From the NCBI GenBank assembly GCA_964187785.1, contig OZ076409.1, positions 69,380,001 through 69,444,000 of the forward strand: 64,000 bases of DNA, written 5' to 3'. Shown in pieces: positions 32,151 through 44,100 of the stretch. The stretch comes from Amphiscolops sp. MND2022. Taxonomy: Eukaryota. A program made the translations under genes and the position numbers. Every line of letters begins with the position of its first letter. The stretch's first letter is position 1. Under the pieces are notes generated by a model that was given only the letters and a program-made list of their open reading frames with translations, was not told where the DNA came from and made no database searches.

Positions 32151-35100
32151 CTCTGAACTGTTCTGGTCTCGGGATTTTCTGATCTCCCAGATTTTCCTAC
32201 CCCCTTCTTTGGTTTGAACAACTATAAACAGAATTTATATTGAACCAATTGTTGAATATAGGTCTAGGCAAGAGTAAAAAATTTTATAACTCTGCTTTCA
32301 GCTTACCCGGTGAATGTGCTGGAATCACAGGCTGCAACTGTGGTTTCACTGGAACAAAATGAAGCATTACGGAAGCAAAAAAACACCGAAGGTTTTTTTG
32401 AACTTTTTAAAATTAAAATTTTAATTGATGTTCGCATTTAAATTTGTATTTATGAACTATTCTCAAATCATTTTATTTGAGCTTTGATTCGAAGATTTCA
32501 GTTCTGTTGGAAGGTGAGGTATTTCCACAGGTCATGCAATGTCTTTATTTGCATTTTAAGTTCATAGGTTTAACAGCTTCGGTACTAATGTCAAAGAATG
32601 TTGGAAACCAAATTGTCATGTAAGCAATTGGAACAATTTGCGCACAAAACCATTAACACATGGAAAAAATGAAACAAAACTTTTACCAGAAGTTGGTACT
32701 TTTACCACTTGGCGTGAATTTATTCAATAATGTCTGAATGAATACCGAAGACATTTGGCTTTTTTTCAAAAATGAAAATTGCTTCACTAATTCCTTCACC
32801 CATTATTAATTTCATTTATATTTTTTGCTCCCAAATTCCATTTGAAAGAAGTTTCTTTCAAAAGTGTTTTTTCCAAGTTTTGTCATGTTCCATTTCTATA
32901 CTCAAAATGTATTAGATTTTCGAGGAATTCAACGTTCAAAAGAATTACATTAGTATCATATTTCTGGTGATATCAGTATTTCTGGTGATATTTTTACAAA
33001 TTTTTTGCAAAGAAGTGCATATATAAACACTGCTCAAATGCTTTTTAAAACGTTCAAATATTTTTTAAAGTTTTCACGCCATTTTGAAGAATTTTGAATG
33101 ATTTCGTTAATATGAATATCTACAGACTTCAACGACAAAACCATTAGTTTCTTGGAATACTTCATTTTAAAGTAAATTTGAAGTTTTAATCATTAAAAAA
33201 GTGCAAAATATGCGCAAAATAGAAGCAAAAAAGAAAATTACTGTCTACGATGGATCTTCGAAAATATGTTTTGTCAAAACTTCACTGCGGAAATTTTCCA
33301 AGTGAAAACCAGATTTTTTAAATGAGTTTATCCTACTTTATTACCTGGGGGGTCAGGAGGACCATCCAAAGTGGGCGCTGCTGTCATTTTACGGTCTTCT
33401 CTGGCAAGAGCTGCCAGTGACGACTTATTAGTTTTACCCACATTCAGTTTGTTTTCCCTGTAAACAAAACGAAAGAGTTAACTACAAAAATGAATTATGT
33501 CAATAAAGTCAAATAAATGTCCAAACAAATATGTTGTCATATGTTGATTTCACTTGGATTGCTGGTTAGGGGTGCCTAAGGGGTCAAAATACCTGTGAAC
33601 TTTCAATGAGTTTTACTTTTGTGCTGGAATCCAAACTTTTAAGAAACCTAAATCGACGTACTGTTGGCTCGGAAAATAGCTGACTTTATCCGCCGATGGT
33701 CTATAACAATCGAGTCTCCTCATGAAGGTGTAGAAAGCAAACACGATACCAATCAACACCATCAGGGTGAGCAACAATATTAGGGAGAGCACTACATTGC
33801 CCTCAGGGGTGTCAACCATCCAACTCTCGGGAGCCGGTTGTTCTTCGACAAAGAACTTGTTTCGTATTGGTGTCGCCTCAACTGAAAAACCAACGAGAAC
33901 ATTTTATTTGATAGCTGAGAAACATTGTTTTTTTAATTATCTTTGAATTCAACGTTGCGAATTTTTCAATGTTTCTGATAAAAATTGAGCCTAAATTTCC
34001 CAAATATGAAAGTAAAAACTTGAACTCTCAATGCAGAGTTTTTCTTGAATCTTACAACTAATATTGCTCGTTTTAATAACCAAACCCTAGATTTGCTGCT
34101 TAGATTTTTCAGAAATATGAAACGAAACTTTCAAGACATTGAAAATCTTTCAAATTCATAACATGCCATGTCGGACTGAGAACGAAAGAATTTGCTCTGA
34201 TTGGAAAAACTCTGAAGGAGTTCCGTCGGCACTTTCTCTGAAGGTGGCCAGAAGTTCCTCTGTTCTCACAAACACCTTCGTCTGATTCAGCCCAGATTCT
34301 TGCAACGTGATGTCACTTTCGATTGCGTATACTGAGACTTTGACACTAAATTGACAAAAAAGATTGAAAATTAATCATAGTTAACTGTCCCGAATGTGCT
34401 CGTTAGCTCCGACGTCTGCCAGACAGTATAGCTTGAGTTTAGAACCAGCTCTGATTTTTCGGATTTCCCAAATTCAGTCATACGACTTAGGTTTTTAAAT
34501 TCTGCAAGAGGTTCAGTTAAAAACCTACAAACATAGAATAAAACGTATAAACTTCCAGATAATACTTATGAAATTCCGGTACAACACTGATATTGGACTT
34601 GACCAAAAACAAGAAGCGAATAAAACAATCTTTAATTCAAATTGACGAAGGATAGAATTCGAAGAAAAAATATTTTGAAGAGATATTAATTTGCCGAAAA
34701 AAATGCCTAGAAGCTGCACAAACGATAAATTTTAAAACTTCAATTTTCTAATATTTCTTTTAATCGTAAACAATTTTTTAAGCGTGTAACACATGTTTAC
34801 AGGTCATGGTTTTCCATCCTTGATTCATACATGATTCAAGGATTCTTCGAAACGCAAAAAAACCAATGCATGATCATCGATAATGATGGATGGATTGCCA
34901 TGGATGAAAAGCTTTGTCATGGATGAAAAGCCACAATGCCAGATGAGCTCAGATGAAAACTCATGCATTGAACCATGGAAAGGCCCAAAATTAGTAGTTC
35001 CACGTTAATAAGTGAAAGATGATATATAAAAACCAATGTAATTTCTGAGAAACTTTCAAAAAGTGTTTAGAACTAGCTTGTTAAATCAAATTCATAACGT

Positions 35101-38100
35101 TGTATTTAAACAAAATAGAACACTTATGTATTATCTTGTACCTAACTTTATTTGGTATAATTACAAGGTTATGAATTTGATTTACCAAGCCAGTTCTAAA
35201 CACTTTTTCGAAGTTTCTCAAACTTTACATTTTTTTTGTTTTCTATTTTCACAGGAAACATTTTTGTTAACAGAAAACGTTCCATTCGAACCCTCTCGAC
35301 AATTTTTTAAATGCATAAATTGTCACAGACTTGTTAAAACTTTCTATGGTTAACAAGATGGAATGATGGAGTTTTCAAGATTAACTTTATGTATGAGTCA
35401 TGTGTTCTCATCATAGCCATGGTTCAAATGTAAGTAAAATCACCATGGATGATTAGCCATGATTTGGATGTAATGCTATGAAAAAGCAATGATCTTGGAT
35501 GAAAAGCTCCACCCAGGAGCGCCACTGTAGAAATTTTTGCTAAAGGGTCGGTGTTGCGGCAGCAATATCGTTAATTTAAAACAAACAAATATTAAGACAG
35601 GTTGGCTTAGCGGTAGAATACAAGGCCGGTATTTGACCGGCGTGGGTTCGATTCCCGGAAATGTAAAATATTTTACAATTTAGAAATATTTCTCTGATTT
35701 AGGTAAAAATACTCTCGAAAAGGCCTTGCTATTCATATCATAAAATGAGTCATTTTTAAAGTTTGTGTGATCAAATTTTAACTTGGCGGTTAATAATAAT
35801 AATTTTCCTCAACTTTCATTGTTGTTTTAATTTTGATTGACAATACAAGCTTTAGTACTTCTAAAGATTTTTATGGTGGCCATAGAGAGGCAGTTTCTTC
35901 CTACTTTTGTTCAATTGTCCTAATTATTGACAATTTCATCCGTGTCTAAATTCGGCAAAACCTATGTACAATTACAACCTTCCTTGAGCTTGTTAGGTTG
36001 ACCAAACAAACTCACATTTTGTTACCATTTACAAACCTGATGGTTGGGTAATATTAAGTGCTGCTTGTGCATCACCACTCTTATATCAACCAGCGGGGAA
36101 AATTTCAACAAGCATCGACATTTGAGGGCGGCCACTTGAAACGTGACAATTCAACTGGACCAAGGCAGCGACGTGTTCCACGTGTGCGAACTGGAGAAGT
36201 GTGATCGAGACGAAGTTGTGATTTGGGAGCTGCTCAAAAGCGACTGAAGCTTATCAATACGAAGCGCTACACTATACAAGAAATGGAACAGAATCAAACT
36301 TCTTCAGATGAGCCTGAACTCTATTGACGAAACACTGGAAGATACCCCAAGTGGCGTCTCAAAAAAAAACTCTTGTTGGTAAAACAATTTAACGAACAAC
36401 TTTGATATTTCAACTGAATTTGATCAATACTACAAACTCATGATCCAACTCATAATGCGATATTAGCAAGGCCTTTGGCAAACCTTTGGCTAAACACAAT
36501 AAACTTTCAAAACTATCGATTTGGTGCTTCATTCATAGCAAGGCCTTTGTGAAAATTCGTTAATATAACCTAACATTCTTATCATTATTAGAAGTTGATT
36601 CGAGCCTAAAAAACTTCCTTCTGAGCGAAATTTTTTGCCTTTTGCGCTGTGTACAAAGAAATTATTATATTTTAAAATGTAATGGTGTTTATTTTGGGTG
36701 CGAGCTCGTTGCATCATGCTCTTGATATATTAACCCCCGAAAAAAGAAAAGCCTCCAACGAAAAAATTTACACGATACCGGGCCTTAGTTTGAATAATCA
36801 CGCAAAAAACCCACAAAAAGTTGTTCAAAACTTGTTGCAAAAAGATTTCGCTGAAAAAAATGATATTGTTATCTGGCATGATGTGCTGAATAATAGCTTG
36901 TCAAAACATAAAAGCAACAATTTTCGAGCACTGTCTGTTTCTGAGTTGCTAGAAATTTTGAAATCTCTAGAAAACAAACTCCGGGCTCTTGTGTATTGCC
37001 ACCGAATTCGAACGCCCGACATTTCTGATTTTCTAAAAACGCAAAGCATTCCTGTTTTCCGAATTGAAACCGATTTTTTTTCGACAAGAAAACAAAATGA
37101 TCCAAAAATTTTGAACGAATTGAAGGCAATACACCAAAGACCTGAGTTTGAGCTCAAGTATTTGGACATCATTCTCCGAAAAGAAACTGATCTAGCGAAC
37201 ATTACAGCCAAAAGTCGCCCTAAGCGACCAAGTAAACGTGCCCGTAAGGCTTTGAAGAACGCTGCTTCAAATCAGAGTGAAGTTTCTTCCTCCCCAAAGG
37301 AGTGTTGTTGTAACAGTGTCCAGACTTCATTGTCAGGTTGAAGTCGCAACAACTTTCCTCCAAGTTTTGGACTGTGTCCGGACTTGACTGTCCCGTTGAC
37401 GTTCAAAACGACCGTTTCAATACCTTAACTGCGTGTTCTTCTTTACTCTTGTCCTATACCGTCCTCGTAGTTCCTTAGTGCCTATTTTTGAACCAAAACA
37501 AATAAATTAACCGTCTTTCGCAACATCCTCCGCAACATTTTAAACTTGTAGATTTTGTACTTGTACATTTTGTAGTATCTTCTTTTGATCTGTCACTGTA
37601 GAATTTCCATTAATTGACAACCGAATAGTTAACTTTCAGTATTGTGTCCGGACTTAGTTGTCTGGTTGATGTTCTGTAAGTGATTCTGCTGTTTTGAACA
37701 TAATTTAGTGCTGGAAACATTACAATTCGTGTCCTAATAACACACTACATTGATCCAAAAAGTTAAGAAAACAATCAATGGCTGATAGGATGCAAGAGAA
37801 AGTCGCGAAGTTGCATGATAGCCGCGCTAAAGCCGAAGCGGAGCTCAACAAGATCCAACAAAAGCTCAATGACGCCGTTGGAAATGCCGTACGACGTGTT
37901 CGCGTTGATCGATTAATCACCTCGTGTGAGGAAGCTATGACTAAAGCCTTTGCAAAAAACGAACAACTCCTAGACTTAGCCAACAAATCAACCAACCCAG
38001 AGTCAGTGAAGCCAGAATTGGAAAAGTGGTTAAACGACGTTGCTGTCAGAAACGATGAAATACTGACGAAAGCTCGCGATTATCTGGAGAAATGTCTGCA

Positions 38101-41100
38101 AACCGACAACACTTCGCAAACTTCAATAGTTCTATCGACGAACAAGACAAAGTCTAGTAAAGTGTCAAGCTCTCTTCGATCAAAGACGTCAATTCAACGG
38201 CAGAAAGAGCTACTCCTTGCAAAACAAAGGCGTGAAGAAATTGAGAAGCAAAATGAAGCTACACTCCGACTGACTCAGCAAAAGCAAGATCTTGAAATCA
38301 AACGAATGCAGCAAGAACAAGAGCGTCTCAAGGAAGAACTTGCACTTAGAGTCGCCGAGGTGCAGGAAGAAAACCGCAAAAAACTGGCTGAGGCAACACT
38401 GATTGAATTAGAACTTCAAGATGATCTGTCTGCGACAAATGAAGAATTCCAGGAGACGCTATCACTGTTGAGTGAGGAGAGCCACGAACATCAGTCAACC
38501 CGAGTTAACAACTGGGTTAATAATTCTCCCACTCTGATGTCTGCTACCAATCAATGTGCCCCTGAAGCACCCGTTTTTGAATCGAATCAGGAACAGACTG
38601 TTGGAACGCAACCATTGCCCTTAGCTGCAACTCCATCAAATGAAAACGCTACTGTATCAGCGCCTACATTTGTTACGGTGCAAAATAGTGTTCCGCCCTA
38701 AACGGAAAACACCACAGGTACGGTTCCACTGTCGCTTACAACAACTAAGTCTTTGAATCACCCCACCAACACGTTTGCTGGTTTACCTGGCCAGCTTCCG
38801 CGTTTCCCCGGTCAAACTAGTTTAACCGCTACTAACTCCGCTGCTAAGGGTTTGTTTTTGAACAATGCTAGCACTTTGCAACATCCTTGTTCTTCAACGA
38901 GTATCACTTCAGCTCCAACAATAGCTCAACCTCGACCCAATCCCATAGTCACACTGCCGATGAACCACGTTTTACCTATTTTGTCAGCCTGGAGTTTTCC
39001 GGTCGTCAAAACTGCACAACATTCGACGGTCACCTCTGTGGTGCCACTTCCCACTGCAACCTTACCGACAACCACTCCAGCCAACATTAGTGCATTATCT
39101 ACAGCACCCGTTTTCCCAATAACAAGTGGAGGAACCATTTTCTACGTGCAACCGACTGCCATGGTGACATCGACAGCAAGCTGTAGTGTACCTCAAACTT
39201 CAACAACGTTTCCCAGTGTTACTGCCCCTTCCTTTGTGCCTGCAAGTTCCTTTACGTTGCCCCAACCGTCTGTAAACAGCTTCACAATGCAAGACCTTGC
39301 ACAACTTTTGTCATCGACAAAGAAAGACCATCTCCCTGAGTGGAAATTAGCTCAGTTTAATGGTGACCCTCTTCAATGGCATGAGTGGTTTGGCCAGTTC
39401 AAGAGTGCCATTGACTCATCCCCACTCACAGACGACGTGAAGCTTACATATTTGAAGACGCTTGTTACGGGGAAAGCAAAAACGGCAATTGCAGAGTTCG
39501 CGTACTGCGGGACAATGTACAAGGAAGCACTGAAGACCCTTGAACGGAAATTCGGCCAACCACAGACTGTTGTCAGTGCCTACTTGGACAAATTAGCGAA
39601 TGTTCCTCCAGTGAAAATGCATAATAGCGAAAGCATCATAAGTTATGCAGCTACAATTTGCTCCTTGGTTGGTGTTTTCCGATCTCTGAACTACGTTCAA
39701 GATCTTTCGAGTGCTTCACTGCTCGGTCAAGCGGTTCAAAAGCTTCCCCCGAACTTGAAAGAAGGGTGGTCAATGCATACGGTGAAGCGAGATTTGAGCC
39801 GACCGACTCTGATTGACTTCAATGATTGGCTGAAAGACAAAGCTGAAGCTCACGATAGGATGAAATCTGCCACTGGAAAACCTAAAGTTGAAGAAACTCC
39901 AACCGGAAACGTAACGAAAACCAAGACCAATTCTAAAGTGTTCGCTGCAACAACAACTTCCACTAAAAATACCATCGCAACCAAGCCGTCAACCCAGAAA
40001 TTCCAAGTCACTTGTGTAGTTTGTAAAGATAAACATCCGTTGTGGCGATGTCAAGTGTTCAGAAAGAAGACTCCAACTGAACGAGCGAAAGTTGTGGCCG
40101 AGAACAAACTTTGTTTCTCATGCTTTAATGGACAACACTCTTTCCGCAATTGCCCCCAGCCACGCAAATGCACAAAGATGGCTGTGGAAGTACGCACAAC
40201 ACTTTGCTACATGGTGCAGAGAAGATTTTCCCGAGAAAATCTGAATCTGGGAAAACAGGCAATGGTGAAGCAACTACTTGTAGCGTAACGACAGCGATCC
40301 AAAAGAAAGACGAAGTCACCTCATGCCTCCCTTCCATCTCTGATGTGAAAGGATTATTACAAATAACGGAAGTGGAATTGCAAACTTCTGAGAATTCTGC
40401 AAAAGTTTTAGTTTTGTGCGACTCAGCGTGTAGCCATTCTTGGATTTCCTCCGAGCTAGCTGACAAACTTGACGTGCGCGGCACGCCGACCAAACTGACT
40501 GTACACGGAATTAACTCCAATAAGGTTGTTGACACTCAAATGGTCGAGCTCAAGTTGACACCGGTTCATTCGGGTGGCTCTTGCTCCTCCTTTACTGTCA
40601 AACCTTATGTGCGAGATCAACTGACTATTGGAAACAATGTAATTGACGTAGATGAGTTGAAGACTCGCTATCCCCATTTAGAACCAATCGCTCTTAGCAA
40701 GTACAGCTACACAGATGTGAAAATGATTCTTGGTCAGGACGTTTTCCACGCTATCCGCTCACTGGAGTATTTCGAATCCGACCGTCGAAATACACCAGTT
40801 GCCGTCCGTTTACCGTTGGGCTGGGTACTGAGTGGTCCCCTTCCGTCGACCACGGGTCTATTTTCGACATGCTTCAAAGCTGTTACTCAGAAAGAGCACG
40901 ATTGTACACTCTCTGACCGACTCCGAAGCTGGTACGACATTGAGTCGTACGGCGCGTACAAACAAGTGGATTCCCGTTCCGCAACCGACGCGAGAGCGAC
41001 AAAGATACTTGATGAAACAACATACCACGATGGGTCCCGATACCAAGTAGGTAAGTTGTGGGCCGACGACGAAAGTTGTTTACCGAACAATTATTTTCTG

Positions 41101-44100
41101 CACTTATTCAACTGAAATCGCTAGAGCGCCGTCTTCAAAAAGATGCTGATTTGAAAGCCAGTTATACGAAAACAATTAGCGACGATTTCTCGAAAGGCTA
41201 TATTGTTCAAGTGGACAAAACCGATTGTTTTAAAGTACACCAGCCCCGGGAATGGTATTTACCGCACCATCCGGTCGTGCATCCTCACAAGCCTGGCAAA
41301 GTCCGTAGGGTTCTTAATGGAGCCGCAAAATTTCATGGTCAGTCCTTGAACAGTGCTCTTCTAGCAGGACCAGATTTGCTACAGAGCCTAATCCACATTC
41401 TTTTCCGTTTCCGTCAATATCCTTTTGCTGTATCTGCAGACATCGAAGGAATGTTTCTCCAAGTTGGAGTTATCCCACGTGAAAGACCATCACTTCGATT
41501 TTTGTGGCGGGAACACCCAGCAGCTGAAGTTGCTGTTTTCGAGTATGTTCGGCATATTTTCGGCTCCAAAGATTCGCCAACTTGCGCTAACTACGCATTG
41601 AAACGAACTGCCACAGATAACCAAGCCAACTTTCCAGATGCAGCACGAAGCGTCCACAACAACTTTTATATGGACGATTACCTCGAATCAAGTCCAACAG
41701 CTATCGAAGCCTCAAACAAAGCGAAGGATCTTGTTAAAATGCTTGCTTTGGGAGGGTTTAAACTGACAAAGTTCGTGTCTAATGTACCAAGCATCCCCAT
41801 CGAAGTAGATCCGAACAGCGACACCAGAATCACGGAAGAGAAAGAGATTCCGACTGCGGAGAATTTCTCGCACGTTCTTGGAATGAAATGGAATCACTCA
41901 ACAGACACCCTAGTTGTTAGCAGAGGAACAAGTCCAAACACCGACCGAAATGTCACTTAAAGGGTTGTTCTGAGTTTGGTATCCGCTGTATACGACCCAA
42001 TTGGTCTCGTCGCACCGTTCACCATCAAAGCGCGCCTGCTTTTGAAAGACATTTGGAGGCTCAGTGGCCAGCAGTGGGACGACAACTTGCCAGACGAAAT
42101 TGTAACAAAATTCTTGGAATGGAGCAGAGAGTTGTCAACTTTGAATGAAATTACCATACCAAGAAGTTACTTCTGTCAAACTGTTGAGACGATTGAGCTA
42201 CACGTGTTTGGTGATAGCTCACAAGATGCTTTCAGCGCAGTCGCTTTCTTGCGAGGAAAACTAATAAACGACCACGGTGTTGTGACGCAGCTAGCTTTCG
42301 TCTTTGGAAAAGCAAGAGTGGCTCCTATGAAGGCACTAACTGTTCCAAAGTTGGAGCTACAAGCCGCATTACTGGCAGCACGACTTCGCGCCGAGGTCCT
42401 CAGTGCACTGTCTTTGAAGATAGACAGAACTTTCATGTGGAGCGATAGTTCAACTGTGCTACAGTGGTTAACTTCTTTGGAAAAGCAACCCACATTTGTG
42501 GCGAACCGAGTATGCGAGATTCTAGACTTAACAACTGTTGATGAGTGGCACTATGTCCCTACAGCTCACAATCCAGCTGATGCTGGCACACGTGGAATGT
42601 CTGCAACTGATCTTTTGAACAGTTGTTGGCTGACAGGACCGGACTTTCTAAAAACATCCGACTTCCCGTTCAAACCCCCAGAAGAATTTCGTCAGAAAAT
42701 AAAGCTTAACAATGGCGCTCATTCCACTAAAGTTAACGAAACCAAAGAACATCAGTGTACTACAATCACCGCAACAGTAACCGAAATTACAACAACTTTC
42801 AAATGGCAGAAGTACAGTTCGTACGAGAAGGTTTTGCGCATTGTGGCTTACATGTTGAGACTCCTCCCAAAGAACGAATCCAAGCGCACCGACAATGGAT
42901 TGATTACAGATCCAACTGAACTCGACAATGCCCAACAGAGATTGTTCTGTTTGGTACAACTCGAGTCCTTTAACACTGAAAAGAAATGCTTGTTGAAGTC
43001 ACTCCCCCTCAGCAAGTCTTCTGAAATTGTTGAATTTTCCCCTTTCATTGGACCTAATGGTTTACTGCGAGCTTCTGGTCGCACAAAACAGATGGATGTT
43101 GCTTCATTCGACATGAAACACCCAATTCTACTAGATAGCCGTCATCCCTTAGTTCGGTTGTTCCTGGAGAACTTTCATATCAATCAATGCCACCAGGGTG
43201 TTGAATACTTGAGGGCTTTGATCCAGCAACAATACGCAATCGTCAAATTGAGACCAACCTTGAGATCAATTGTATAGAGGTGCATCACCTGTCGTAAGCG
43301 CAAGGCTGTGACGTTAGCTCCCATGATGTCCGATCTTCCCCGGGAAAGACTTGCATACAGAGAACCTCCATTCCGCAACACAGGAATCGACTACTTTGGT
43401 CCCTTCTACGTGTCCGTGAAACGTTCTACTGAGAAACGCTGGGGATTCCTTTTCACTTGCCTAACTACTCGGGCCGTCCATTTTGAAGTTAAACCATCAA
43501 TGGACACCAGTAGTTGTGTCATGGGAACTGAACGATTCGCTGCCCGACGAGGCACTCCGTCAGTTCTCTGGTCCGACAACGGCACTAACTTTGTTGCAAG
43601 TGACAAAGAACTGTTACAGAACGTCAGAAACTGGAATCAACAAGTCCTCACTGATTTACTTGTCAAGAAAGGAATCCAGTGGAAATTTAACCCACCCAGT
43701 GCTCCGCACCATGGAGGTGTATGGGAACGTTTAGTACGTAGTTTCAAGCACGTGTTCTACGCTGTCATCGGAAATAGACGTCTAACAGACAAAATCCTTG
43801 CAACTACGTTCTGTCTCGTAGAACAAAGTTTGAATGCACGACCGTTAGTACCTGCTAGTGCAGATGCAACCGATTTGGACGCCTTAACTCCAAATCATTT
43901 TCTACATGGAACTTCAGGCTCAGTACTGCCTTCGCATCAGCAAGCAGACATCGACCATCGCAAGCGTTACGCTCGAGCGCAAGCTTATTCCGATACAATA
44001 TGGTACAGGTGGTTAAGAGAATACGTTCCCACTCTGAACCGCCGTTCGAAGTGGTCATCGCACTCAAACAGAGATCTTAAGACCGGAGATCTCGTGTGGA

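Noticed and set aside
35595..35670. Functional tRNA gene in the LTR
   Set aside because: A and B boxes are present, but I could not build an acceptor stem or a canonical 7-nt anticodon loop.
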